37,497 bases of DNA from a virus. The number at the start of each line of letters is the position of its first letter. Within the stretch, counting starts at the first letter, position 1. The translations under genes were made by a program, and so were the position numbers. The notes beneath the pieces were generated by a model. The model made no database searches and was not told the origin of the DNA. It was given only the letters and a program-made list of their open reading frames with translations. Location: IMG/VR virus record IMGVR_UViG_2917938226_000001, one strand, 5' to 3'. Shown here in pieces: positions 7,384-16,900 of this stretch.

Positions 7384-7628
7384 ATCCCTACCCCCCTGGT
7401 CGCACTGTAGAGTCCGATCACGGCGGTCAGCAGATAGAACGAGAACAGCCGGGCGATGTGCCGGTTGCCGGCCCGCCGACCGTATGCGACCCATGCGGTG
7501 TTGCCGACGAGCCAGACGGTGAACCCCGCCGCTCGCGCGAGGGAGGAGGGGAGGGCGACGAGGACCGCCCCGGTGACGCCCAGGGCCTCGCCGATGTACT
7601 GAAGGCGGTCAGAGGTCTGGTCGTCCAT
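7380..7628 (-). CDS. Small three-TM membrane protein
   Basis: 82 aa; GVTGAVLVA, GFTVWLVGN, LFSFYLLTAVIGLY. Confidence 0.65.
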   Translation of the reverse strand: MDDQTSDRLQYIGEALGVTGAVLVALPSSLARAAGFTVWLVGNTAWVAYGRRAGNRHIARLFSFYLLTAVIGLYSATRGVGI

Positions 7629-7978
7629 CACGCCGCCTCCAGCAAGCCCAGGCGGGCGGCGAGGTCGGCGGAGATCCGAACCTGCTTCGGGGGCGCCCTG
7701 CCGCGCCGGGGGTCGATGTCCTGGTTCAGACCTGCCTGCTGCATGGCGGCACGCACGGTGGCGCGAGCACATCCTATCTCTGCCGCGATGGTAGTGGCGG
7801 TCCCGCCAGCGGCGATCTTCGCGGCGAGCCAGTCGGGATCGTGTAGTTGTGGGTATTTCTGGGCGGCGCCCTCTTTTCTGAGGGCGAGACCGCGGGCGGC
7901 GAGGTGGCATTCGCGAGAGCAGTACTTCTTTTGGTGGCGACCGAGAGGGCGGCCGCAGAAGAGGCAGGTGCGGGACAT
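7628..7978 (-). CDS. Zn-finger plus HTH DNA-binding protein
   Basis: CLFCG...KYCSRECH then TATTIAAEIGCARATVRAAM. Confidence 0.72.
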   Translation of the reverse strand: MSRTCLFCGRPLGRHQKKYCSRECHLAARGLALRKEGAAQKYPQLHDPDWLAAKIAAGGTATTIAAEIGCARATVRAAMQQAGLNQDIDPRRGRAPPKQVRISADLAARLGLLEAA

Positions 7979-8066
7979 CACGGCACCCCCATTAGGGCGC
8001 ACGCCCCCATCAGACCGATGAGGGAGAACGAGACGATGGCGATGATGGCGCGGTCTGCGGCGGCAG

Positions 8067-8348
8067 TCATGGTAGCGCCCTCGCGGGGTCGTCGTCGTTC
8101 TGGACCGTCACGGGGTCGAGTTGGCCCTGTTTCCAGTAGCGGAGCACCGCGATGCGGTCTGTCGTTTTGTTCCGGCGCCGGGCGTCGGAGACGACCGAGA
8201 CGCAGCCGCCACATTCGGGGCAACGGAGGCCCGCCTGATCGATGCAACGGGTCTCTTCGTGCCCACATCGGCAGCAGCGGATCCATACAACTTCTTCCCG
8301 AGGGAGGAAGAGACGGTCGAAGTTCGTGAGGCGAGTCTGCGCGTTCAT
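8067..8348 (-). CDS. Zn-ribbon protein
   Basis: CCRCGH...CPECGG. Confidence 0.6.
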   Translation of the reverse strand: MNAQTRLTNFDRLFLPREEVVWIRCCRCGHEETRCIDQAGLRCPECGGCVSVVSDARRRNKTTDRIAVLRYWKQGQLDPVTVQNDDDPARALP

Positions 8349-8517
8349 GACCCTATCGCCTCCAGGAGAGCTTTGCGCTGGCCTTCCTCGGTGGTGGGGG
8401 GAATCCATACCAATTTCCCGCCGCCGGTCTTCCATTGAACGGTGCGTCCGCATTCGGGGCAATGCATGGTGTTTTTCCCGACGCGCTCCATCGCGGCGCC
8501 GCAGGTATGGCACTCCA

Positions 8518-8865
8518 TCACGCGTCACCCCCGATCATGTGCGGGCAATCCCTCTCCGTAGAGTTGTCGTAGGGGAAGTGCCGGCACAGGAGCGGCCGGT
8601 CGGGGCTGTCGTAGATGGCGCAGGAGTAGAGCCCCGTGTCGCTGTTCTGGCGGAGGTGCTTGCACGGGAAGTTGAACCGCAGCCAATAGCCGCCCTCTTC
8701 TTCGTGGATAGTGATCTTGTCGCCGATGCCGTCCAACATCTGGAACCGCTGGATCTCGGAGAGGACGAGGGGGTCGTTGTCTTTCGAGTACCAGACCTCG
8801 AAATATTTGCAGCACTCGCCGCAGGTGCGGCAGTGTGCCGGGTCGATGTAGGGAGAGGAGTTCAT
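8518..8865 (-). CDS. YkgJ-family cysteine-cluster protein
   Basis: CRTCGECC...PCKHL...CAIYDSPDRPLLCRHFP. Confidence 0.85.
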   Translation of the reverse strand: MNSSPYIDPAHCRTCGECCKYFEVWYSKDNDPLVLSEIQRFQMLDGIGDKITIHEEEGGYWLRFNFPCKHLRQNSDTGLYSCAIYDSPDRPLLCRHFPYDNSTERDCPHMIGGDA

Positions 8866-9167
8866 GGTGTCTCCTCCTTGCCTTCCAGGGCGGCGCATGT
8901 CGCTTGAATCGCATCAAAACACGCGTCGGTGAATCCCATGTCCTGCCAGCCAAGTGGTGCCGTGCGAATCGGACGATGGCGGCGTTTGTCGATGGAAAGA
9001 ATATACTCGTATGTGGTGGAGCATGTGGAAAGCTCTTGTAGTGAGGTGGTGTATGCGGACAGTAGGGCGTCGCGGCTAGCGGGATCGCTAATCTTTTTGG
9101 CCCGCTCGATCCTCCTGAGTAGATCTTTTCTGATTCTAGACCGAACCCGAGCATCCGAGAGAGACAT
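8862..9167 (-). CDS. Hypothetical protein
   Basis: 101 aa, coupled in operon. Confidence 0.55.
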   Translation of the reverse strand: MSLSDARVRSRIRKDLLRRIERAKKISDPASRDALLSAYTTSLQELSTCSTTYEYILSIDKRRHRPIRTAPLGWQDMGFTDACFDAIQATCAALEGKEETP

Positions 9168-9445
9168 CAGGCCACCCCCTCGCCGATCACCATCTCCAAC
9201 GCGGTGAGGCTCGCCTTCAGCCCCGACGCCCCGCCGCCGCCGGGTCCGGCGTAGAACAGGAACAGGCGTTCGACCAGACCCGGGATGGGGCGGCCTTCGG
9301 AGTCGAGAACGTCTTCCAGGAAGGAGGGATCGATCTCGATTTCCAGGCTCGCCTTCAGCACCACCTTCGGAGGGGTGGCGGTGAGGTGATCCACCGCGGC
9401 ACAGAAGTTTTGAGATGCGACTTGCACCTCGGCTTCGGTGGTCAT
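9167..9445 (-). CDS. Hypothetical protein
   Basis: MTTEAEVQ..., GGAGG RBS. Confidence 0.6.
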   Translation of the reverse strand: MTTEAEVQVASQNFCAAVDHLTATPPKVVLKASLEIEIDPSFLEDVLDSEGRPIPGLVERLFLFYAGPGGGGASGLKASLTALEMVIGEGVA

Positions 9446-9753
9446 GTGGTGGCCTCCTGGACGACCTGCTCCAGATCCACGGTGCCGGCCCGCACTGCGT
9501 TCACCGCCGCCCAGATTGCTTCGACGGTTTCGGGGACGCGGGGCTCGGGGACTCTCGCACTGATGAGGATGGTCTGCCGGAGTCTCCCGTGGGCGACGAC
9601 GGCGTGCAGCCGGACAAGGTTTGATGTGCCAAACTGCGGGCGCACGATCTTGATGAGGGCGAGGTCGTCGGCGAGGAAGGTTTGATCCCGGATCCTGCAG
9701 ATGGCAGGGGGTTGGAGGGCGACTTGGGTGGTCGCGGTTGTGGTGGCTGGCAT
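9442..9753 (-). CDS. Hypothetical protein
   Basis: ORF with GAGGTG RBS, coupled to its neighbours. Confidence 0.6.
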   Translation of the reverse strand: MPATTTATTQVALQPPAICRIRDQTFLADDLALIKIVRPQFGTSNLVRLHAVVAHGRLRQTILISARVPEPRVPETVEAIWAAVNAVRAGTVDLEQVVQEATT

Positions 9754-9957
9754 TCAGGCCACCTCGATGATGGGGGTGCGGTGCGATACCGGGACGCCGC
9801 TGCCAGCACCACGGATTCGCACCTCTGTGGGTGGCCGGTTCAAGATCTCGCGCTCTTTTATAGTACTGCAGCCAACGGTTACAATGGCAGTTCCCGCCCG
9901 GGCCGACCAAAGCAGGGGTTGAGGGCTGCCAATACTTTTTTTCATACGTTCTTTCAT
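9754..9957 (-). CDS. Small hypothetical protein
   Basis: First ORF after the divergent promoter, GGAGG RBS. Confidence 0.5.
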   Translation of the reverse strand: MKERMKKSIGSPQPLLWSARAGTAIVTVGCSTIKEREILNRPPTEVRIRGAGSGVPVSHRTPIIEVA

Positions 9958-10111
9958 TTTACTTCCTCCTTTTCTATACTACCGGGAGTATATCGCTCCC
10001 TTGTATAGGGCTATACCCATAACTACATAAATCTTTCTAATCGCACCGCCGCACACAAAACTACACAAAAAAATACATAAGTATATAATGTAATGGTGGA
10101 TATGATATTCC

Positions 10112-10324
10112 ATGCCCATTGTAACTCCCGAACTGTACAACCCCGAAGAAGTAGCCGAGATATTGGGTGTCAGCCCACATACTGTCCGGCAATGGTGCCG
10201 CGATGGAAGAATAAAGGCCATGAAAATTGGGAGATTGTGGAAGGTTCACAGAAGTGAGATTGATAAAATAATGGAGAATGGGCTACCTCTTGATGAGGAG
10301 GGGGAGACACAAGAGTATAAATAG
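10112..10324 (+). CDS. HTH_17/excisionase-like DNA-binding protein
   Basis: LYNPEEVAEILGVSPHTVRQWCRDGRIKAMKIGRLWKV. Confidence 0.9.
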   Translation: MPIVTPELYNPEEVAEILGVSPHTVRQWCRDGRIKAMKIGRLWKVHRSEIDKIMENGLPLDEEGETQEYK

Positions 10325-10355
10325 TATCGTTGATTATGTTGATCGTGTTGATCGT

Positions 10356-10577
10356 ATGGGTATGAAATGGGTGACACCTAATGTCGTGGGTGCCGAACTT
10401 GGGGTTCATCCTCAAACGGTGCGCCGCTGGATAAAGCAAGGAAAAATACGAGGGATCAAATACGGCCGCCAATGGCGTGTGCCGTTTGAAGAATTTGAAC
10501 GAATCGTAAGAGAGGGTGTTGATGTGGATAATCCAGATGAGGAAGGAGGTGTGGTGGTTGCAGCACCACGCCTCTAA
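10356..10577 (+). CDS. Second HTH_17/excisionase-like protein
   Basis: VGAELGVHPQTVRRWIKQGKIRGIKYGRQWRVP. Confidence 0.88.
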   Translation: MGMKWVTPNVVGAELGVHPQTVRRWIKQGKIRGIKYGRQWRVPFEEFERIVREGVDVDNPDEEGGVVVAAPRL

Positions 10578-10696
10578 TAGTAGTGCCGTTCCGTTCGCTG
10601 TCCCCAAGCTACACGCCTGGAGGGATAGCTGATGATATGTTGCCCCCCCCTGGTTGATATTGTTTTGGGTCATTGCGCTCTATGCGGGGTGAGTTT

Positions 10697-12988
10697 ATGA
10701 CCGAGGTTGGGGATCACGGCCACGGCGCAAAGATCACGGCATCTCGGGAGAAATACCTATACAGAATTGCCAGAGATCTGCATTCGCAGAACCCTGTCGA
10801 GAACTTTCTAGAGGATCTTCAAGACACAAATCGGAAAGTAATTTCGCCGCCCCTCCCTGAAGAGACGGTATCTCAAATCTATAAAGATGTGGCCGGGTGG
10901 AATCTCCAATTCACGCCGCAGATATACCAGATGCACGTGCCGCCAGGTTCAATATCTGCAATCGTAGAGGGCATGCGCCGGGTAGTGTCTGAAAATGATG
11001 GAGATCAGACTAAAAAGGAAAATACCCGGGCTATAGAAATTAGAATGTGCCACCGCCTCGACGATAAAGAGAATGGGGCCGTTGTGCCCATCGAGATCCC
11101 CCTCAGAATGGATCTCAGTACTCTCCAATATATCGAGGGGGCGGGGGCTCGGATTGTAGGCAATCCCTACCATGAAGTTGAACCCTACGAGGCAGTCCGA
11201 TTTACCAACGCGATGGATCTAGATCGGATATTTTACCATGCCCAATCTGTATACCAGGAGCGAAACGCCACAAATGCGCCGAAGATCATCACAGATGAAA
11301 ATCTGATGAAGATGAGAGAGGCGTTCATCGAACGCGCACGCGGGTACCTAGAGCGCGGGGATGATGAGTGCTCGGTCCTGAACGACCTCATCAACGAAGA
11401 CCGTGGGCACTATTTCTGGGAAATTCGGATCTCAGATATTGTTGGGGCTGCGAAGGATGCCGTCCAACGCGCCAATAGTAATGCTCGCCTTCAGAACAAT
11501 CCTCTTCTGAAACTAACTCCTGCAAGTGTTGCGGAGAGGTTTGTAGACCTAAAAGGGAAAGAGATCAGATTTGTCTACGATCTGAAGATCTGGAGAGTCT
11601 GGAACGGCATTCGGTGGGAAGATGACCCCGCCGAGGTGAAAATTCAGAAGAAAATTAAGGAAGTTGTCTCGAACTTGGCAAAAGAGGCCACGCTTACCGT
11701 GGAGGATGAAAAAATCTTGGGGGCGGTTACCAAATTCTTCAAGGGACTGCTCTCCAATGGAGGAATCAAGGGACTAATTGAGATTATATCACGAGATGAA
11801 AAAATTGCCACGAGTTATGGGCACTTCGACGCAGACCCGTACCTCCTGAACTTTGAAAACTGCACATATGACTTGCGAACGTTTACAGGCCGTCCACATT
11901 CCCCCGATGATCTGATCACCAATGTCGCGGGCCAGGGGACGGATCCCGACACTGGAGAAACCATGACAGTCAGGTACGACCCCTCGGCCAAGTGCCCCCT
12001 CTGGAAGAAGAGCCTCGAAGAATGGTTCCCGTTGGATCATGATCATAACCCACATGGGAAAAACGTAGACCGCGATACAATCGAATCCCTCCAGGTTCGA
12101 TTGGGATACAGTATTTCAGGAAATGCCATTGAAGACGACTTCCTGGTGTGGTATGGATTGAAGGGGCGAAATGGAAAGGGGGTATGCAAGGATATTACTA
12201 TGGCAGTTCTTGGAACCTATGCCACGGTATCTGACCGAACCTTAGTCATTGAAACGTATGAAACGGGGAAAGGAGGATCCAGAGGAGACCTCAAAAATCT
12301 CATTGGGAAACGCCTCGTTTTCGTAGATGAACTTAAAAGGAAAGATAGGTTGGACTGCGCGTTTGTGAAGGACTGGTGCGGGCACGGCATCATATCTTTC
12401 CGGCCGCCATACGGATCCAACGAAATCCATATGCGCCCCGCAGGATCCATCATACTCCTCACAAACAATCTGGGATCTATTGAAAGTGCCGACAGTATAT
12501 GGGACAGGTTGAGGATTGTCCCGTGGACCAAGTACTTTGGTGAGAACGAAAGGAAAAAGAATCTCAGATCCGAGTTGTTCAAAGAATTGCCGGGCATTAT
12601 AAACTGGTACCTTGAAGGCTACAAAAAATATACTCAACTAAAAAAATTGCCAGAATCCAACGCAATGCATGCATCACGGGTGAAATACATGGAGGACAAC
12701 AACCCTCTGGCAGACTGGATCGCCGATGAGATGATATTGGCGAATGAGGCCCCAAAATCTCAAAGGCACAAAATAAAAACTCTAAAATCGGAAGTTTACA
12801 CGTATTATAAAAACTGGGCGCTAAATGAAGGATATGATAAAAAAGAGTACCTTGGAAGAACCACATTCTACAAGGAACTTGAGGATAAATACAGAGGAGT
12901 GATCACCCTTAAAACCATACAAGGCAGTAGATTTTATCAAGGAATATGTCTTAGATATCGGTTTGAAAATGATAAACATACGCTCTAA
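10697..12988 (+). CDS. P4/D5-family primase-associated SF3 helicase (PriCT-like N-terminus, D5_N, helicase)
   Basis: PPLPEETV (PriCT-like), WRVWNGIRWEDD, YLLNFENCTYDL, Walker A GRNGKG, Walker B RLVFVDE, IILLTN, WDRLRIVPW; GGTGA RBS. Confidence 0.88.
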   Translation: MTEVGDHGHGAKITASREKYLYRIARDLHSQNPVENFLEDLQDTNRKVISPPLPEETVSQIYKDVAGWNLQFTPQIYQMHVPPGSISAIVEGMRRVVSENDGDQTKKENTRAIEIRMCHRLDDKENGAVVPIEIPLRMDLSTLQYIEGAGARIVGNPYHEVEPYEAVRFTNAMDLDRIFYHAQSVYQERNATNAPKIITDENLMKMREAFIERARGYLERGDDECSVLNDLINEDRGHYFWEIRISDIVGAAKDAVQRANSNARLQNNPLLKLTPASVAERFVDLKGKEIRFVYDLKIWRVWNGIRWEDDPAEVKIQKKIKEVVSNLAKEATLTVEDEKILGAVTKFFKGLLSNGGIKGLIEIISRDEKIATSYGHFDADPYLLNFENCTYDLRTFTGRPHSPDDLITNVAGQGTDPDTGETMTVRYDPSAKCPLWKKSLEEWFPLDHDHNPHGKNVDRDTIESLQVRLGYSISGNAIEDDFLVWYGLKGRNGKGVCKDITMAVLGTYATVSDRTLVIETYETGKGGSRGDLKNLIGKRLVFVDELKRKDRLDCAFVKDWCGHGIISFRPPYGSNEIHMRPAGSIILLTNNLGSIESADSIWDRLRIVPWTKYFGENERKKNLRSELFKELPGIINWYLEGYKKYTQLKKLPESNAMHASRVKYMEDNNPLADWIADEMILANEAPKSQRHKIKTLKSEVYTYYKNWALNEGYDKKEYLGRTTFYKELEDKYRGVITLKTIQGSRFYQGICLRYRFENDKHTL

Positions 12989-13023
12989 ACCTTTTTTCAA
13001 CTATTTTAGCCATATTTTGAAGA

Positions 13024-13063
13024 GATAATCAAACTATATAGATGATAATCGAACTATATAGAT
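13024..13063. repeat. AT-rich 20-bp tandem repeat x2
   Basis: GATAATC(A/G)AACTATATAGAT twice. Confidence 0.8.
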
Positions 13064-13092
13064 CGAAATGTTCACAGCGCTAACTTTTTGGG

Positions 13093-13190
13093 ACTCTGCA
13101 CCCTGACCCTACAACTCTGCACCCTGACCCTACAACTCTGCACCCTGACCCTACAACTCTGCACCCTGACCCTACAACTCTGCACCCTGA
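13093..13190. repeat. 21-bp iteron array (4.7 copies), putative replication origin
   Basis: ACTCTGCACCCTGACCCTACA x4 plus a 14-bp partial copy, directly downstream of the helicase. Confidence 0.9.
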
Positions 13191-13251
13191 ATATCCTCAT
13201 ATATCTGTTATTTTCTACTATACTCAGAGTATTATAGGAATCTACCCTATA

Positions 13252-13449
13252 AGGGTGCAGAGTTACCTTGTCATAACACTACACAGAGCGCATTTTCGCG
13301 TTCCCATAAGGTTTATAGAAATGGGGTGTAACTCTGCACCCTACAAATCATGAATATTACAATCTGCCGATCAATCCTGAAAAGAAGAGTGACATTTGTT
13401 CCGATTCATTTTGATTAGGGTGCAGAGTTTGATCTCAACTCTGCACCCT
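13252..13449. repeat. Dispersed and inverted copies of iteron core ACTCTGCACCCT
   Basis: Reverse at 13252-13263, forward at 13331-13342, inverted pair at 13417-13428 and 13438-13449. Confidence 0.85.
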
Positions 13450-13490
13450 GTCAATAGTATTATATATTAGATCGCACCTTCGGGAATGAA

Positions 13491-13805
13491 TTACAGAACC
13501 CCAACGATCTGCCCGACATTATTCACCACCGGCAGGAGCGACATCCCCCATGCCGCGAGCAGAGGGTACACCGCCCCGCCTGGCATCGACCGTTCGGCCA
13601 TGACCGCCACCCCTGCCATCAGCACCACCCCTACCAGTTTTGCCCCCAGCATCGTGTGAACCGACTCGACGACCGGGACCATGAGAGGGTTCGCCTCCTG
13701 CCCTCCTCGGTCCAGGGCGTACGCCGTGGTGGCGACATCGCAGCCCTGGAGCACCACCACCATCCCCAAGATCACCATCACCAGGTGCCGTTTCTCGATC
13801 TCCAT
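13491..13805 (-). CDS. DUF5658-like membrane protein
   Basis: DVATTAYALDRGGQEANPLM with three hydrophobic helices. Confidence 0.75.
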   Translation of the reverse strand: MEIEKRHLVMVILGMVVVLQGCDVATTAYALDRGGQEANPLMVPVVESVHTMLGAKLVGVVLMAGVAVMAERSMPGGAVYPLLAAWGMSLLPVVNNVGQIVGVL

Positions 13806-13990
13806 TACGCCTTAAATCGGGCGGATGCAATATAACCCTAACGCCTCTTCAGGATCAATTATTTTTGCTATGGAGGTTTTTTTGATGGGCTGATGACAAA
13901 AAAGTATATCAAAAGAACGCATCATATGACAACGAATATATGCCGTGACGTTATTTTAGATCTTATCCCGTAAAGGGAGTGTGAAAAACG

Positions 13991-14494
13991 ATGAATGTAC
14001 AGAAGAACGATGAAGCGGTTTCACCCGTGATCGGCGTCATCCTGATGGTTGCCATTACGGTGATCCTCGCGGCAATGGTCACAGTCCTGGTATTCAACGA
14101 GACCGACAAGATACAGCCTTCAGAAAAGTCTGTAATCCTCCAGGGTTCAGCCACGGGATCATCCGTGACGGTGGAACTGATTAGCGGAGCAGATGTCGTT
14201 GAATTAACTGCACTGAAGTTCTCGTTCGGTGCGGACTATCCCGAGGAGGACACTATAATTGCCAACGGATATATTGTTAATGAGGGGTACACGGTTACAT
14301 CAGGGCAACTAAGTCCCAGTGCTACAAACGGCACAGAGGGCTCATCTGTCGATATTTTCAGCGACAAGAAGTTTAGCGTCGGTGACACCTTCCAGATGGA
14401 TAACGATGGGGGGAAGTTCACCGTGGTCGGCATCTTCGCCGACGGCACCGAACAGGTGCTCTACACGAAGACATACCCCATAGTAACAGAGTAA
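13991..14494 (+). CDS. Archaeal type IV pilin (Pilin_N/DUF1628 class III signal peptide)
   Basis: KNDEA-VSPVIGVILMVAITVILAAMV. Confidence 0.92.
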   Translation: MNVQKNDEAVSPVIGVILMVAITVILAAMVTVLVFNETDKIQPSEKSVILQGSATGSSVTVELISGADVVELTALKFSFGADYPEEDTIIANGYIVNEGYTVTSGQLSPSATNGTEGSSVDIFSDKKFSVGDTFQMDNDGGKFTVVGIFADGTEQVLYTKTYPIVTE

Positions 14495-14673
14495 CCTCTC
14501 CAACCTCCTCTTTTTCCCCGCACCGCAACCCTTATCCCCCCACGCCCCCACCACTCTCCATCCTGCTCCCCACAAATGGTAAAATGTTCATCGAATTTCA
14601 CTCGCCCTGGGGTCGTCGCCCCGTGGCCGGGGAGCAGGCACTTTTTCCGACACCGAATTAAAAAAGAAGAAGG

Positions 14674-15090
14674 TCAAGCCTTTGGCACAGAGAACGGCAT
14701 CACCACTTGCCGCCGTCCATCGACCGGGATGAACGTCGCCTGATAATCGCCCATCGGGTGTGCAGGCGTGATCAGTATACCCGTTGCGTCCTCGGGCCAG
14801 ATATACGCCTCAGCGACGTCAGGGGAAGCGCGAGTGCGGTCGATCCTGCGGTATATCGAAACCTTCCCAATCCCCCACTGGTTCGCCGGCTCCATCTTGC
14901 GGATCTCTGCAGTATACCCCGCACCGAGGAACCCGACCATCATGGTATCGTTGTTTTCATGATCGGGGAAAAGAGCGAAAGAACACGGTTCGAGGTCGGG
15001 GCCGCTGGTGAGGACGAAGGCACCGGCGGCGAGAACCGCCACGATCACAACACCGGCGACAAGAATCACGCGAGAAGAAGATAAGTTCAT
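14674..15090 (-). CDS. Membrane-anchored hypothetical protein
   Basis: N-terminal TM or signal segment VILVAGVVIVAVLAAGAFVL. Confidence 0.65.
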   Translation of the reverse strand: MNLSSSRVILVAGVVIVAVLAAGAFVLTSGPDLEPCSFALFPDHENNDTMMVGFLGAGYTAEIRKMEPANQWGIGKVSIYRRIDRTRASPDVAEAYIWPEDATGILITPAHPMGDYQATFIPVDGRRQVVMPFSVPKA

Positions 15091-15362
15091 TCCCCCTCTC
15101 CTTCGGCATACAACGGATCAGTGTGCCGGACAGCACAATTCTCGACATCAGGGGACGAAGAGATGAACCCGCGGCACGCGGCAATGGTAATTCCACCGAC
15201 AAGAGCCGCCCAGAGCAACCCGAAGATCCCAAGAGAGGGGAGACCCATCATCGTCTGCGCGAGAGAATCAACGACACTTACGCCATAGAGTGCGACGGCG
15301 GCGGTGAGGGTGCCGAACAGAACAGAGAAGAAACGACCGCAGAGAGCGCGAGGGGCAATCAT
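15087..15362 (-). CDS. Small two-TM membrane protein
   Basis: Hydrophobic segments; GGAGG RBS. Confidence 0.6.
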   Translation of the reverse strand: MIAPRALCGRFFSVLFGTLTAAVALYGVSVVDSLAQTMMGLPSLGIFGLLWAALVGGITIAACRGFISSSPDVENCAVRHTDPLYAEGEGE

Positions 15363-15740
15363 AGATACCTCCGAGGATCGATGTTGTGCCGTTCACCATA
15401 CTCGGTAATGGCCCTTCGTGCAAGGTCCGATTTAGAGCAGGCCACCCCCTCAACAAGGGCACCGCGAACAATAGCCGACTCTTCTTTTCCCAGGACAAAC
15501 GTCTCTCTGGAGGGAGGCATAATATGAATATCGTCACAACTATATAATACCCTATTGTTATGTCTGAAAAATATAGGTGTTATAGGAATTTTCTCTGGAT
15601 ATCTTCGAGGCTATATTCCCCAACGCTTCGCCGGGCTCGCCGGTCGATCACGGGGAGCATGGTGCCGACGAGTTTGTCCAGACGAATGACCTGGCCCCCG
15701 AGAGGGCGCAGATCAATTAGATAATCGTTTTTCCGGGCCA

Positions 15741-16517
15741 TTAGACATACCTCCGATAGAGCGAATACCCTATGCCTATCAGGGCGGCGGCGGCGAATGC
15801 ATACCCCATCTCGGCGAATTCGGGCAGGATGTGCGGGATGATCACTCCTGCGATAAGGCCGCCGACCATGAACGGTATGACGACGTCGCCGGACCGCAGG
15901 AAGAGGACGATGAAGACCAACGCAGACAGGAGGGAGACGAAGACCATCACGCCGAAGTCTCCCCCGCCGAACTGGTCGCCGTAGGTGTCGGCCTCGGCCT
16001 CCCAGAATGCCGGGATTGAGAGGTTGCCGCTCATGAGCGTGTTGAAACGGTCGCCGTAGGTGGTACGGGGGCGTGGCGTGACAGAGGGGAGCGTGAAACT
16101 GACCTCAGAGGAGTACCCGCCGCCACACCCTGCCCGGGCATAGAACGTCTCGCCTGCGACCAGGGGGAAGGATTCGATGGTGGCAGTGTAGGACGAGGTG
16201 TTGGTGGAGATGATGGCAGACTGGTATCCGTAGTTGCCCGGAGCGGTGCCGAGGGCGATCCATACCTCCGAGTACGGAGTCGAACCCGAGAGCGTGACCG
16301 ACTGAGATGTGAGGCCTGAGGCGGCGACGGTGAGACCGTCGCAGAGCGTGTAGTCGGTGCCGGCCGTGCGGTGAATCACCAGGTCCTGCTGATAGGATGA
16401 TACGTCGGTGGCGTTGTAGTCGATGGTCTGGTAATAGTCGTAGCCGTCGAGGGCGGCGGCGGGGGCGGCGAGGAGGAGGAGGAGGGCGGCGCAAAGGAGG
16501 AGGACGCGGCGCATCAT
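15741..16517 (-). CDS. Putative virion protein: signal peptide, FN3-like beta domain, C-terminal multi-TM region
   Basis: MMRRVLLLCAALLLLLAAPAAA; YTATIESFPLVAGETFYARA...SEVSFT; hydrophobic C-terminus. Confidence 0.7.
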   Translation of the reverse strand: MMRRVLLLCAALLLLLAAPAAALDGYDYYQTIDYNATDVSSYQQDLVIHRTAGTDYTLCDGLTVAASGLTSQSVTLSGSTPYSEVWIALGTAPGNYGYQSAIISTNTSSYTATIESFPLVAGETFYARAGCGGGYSSEVSFTLPSVTPRPRTTYGDRFNTLMSGNLSIPAFWEAEADTYGDQFGGGDFGVMVFVSLLSALVFIVLFLRSGDVVIPFMVGGLIAGVIIPHILPEFAEMGYAFAAAALIGIGYSLYRRYV

Positions 16518-16894
16518 TTCGCCTGCCCCCATCCGAATTTGGTGGCCACCTGGATCAGAAACGTCACAATGGAAAGAACCACCGCGACCTGGAAGAACGC
16601 GGCGAGGGGCGGCGGCATGTGGAAAATGCCCACCATAGAGGGGTAGACGTAGACCATCGTGCAGATCATCTCTTTGAGCCACCCCAAGCCCGCGAGACCC
16701 AGGGATACCGCGAGGCCGAAATAGTCCAGGATCCCGATGTTGGAAGGGGCGGCCATGGACGACATTTCAGAGAGCTCGAACGCCGAGGTCTCGGGTGCGG
16801 TGTAGTAGTTGTGGGCGAAGATGCCCAGGCCGTTGAGGAGGGCAATGGCCGGCCCACAAAAAGTGAGAAGAGTTAGAATATCGTGGAATCTCAT
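16514..16894 (-). CDS. Putative virion membrane protein (three TM)
   Basis: 126 aa, hydrophobic, coupled in the structural operon. Confidence 0.68.
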   Translation of the reverse strand: MRFHDILTLLTFCGPAIALLNGLGIFAHNYYTAPETSAFELSEMSSMAAPSNIGILDYFGLAVSLGLAGLGWLKEMICTMVYVYPSMVGIFHMPPPLAAFFQVAVVLSIVTFLIQVATKFGWGQAK

Positions 16895-16900
16895 CTTTCA

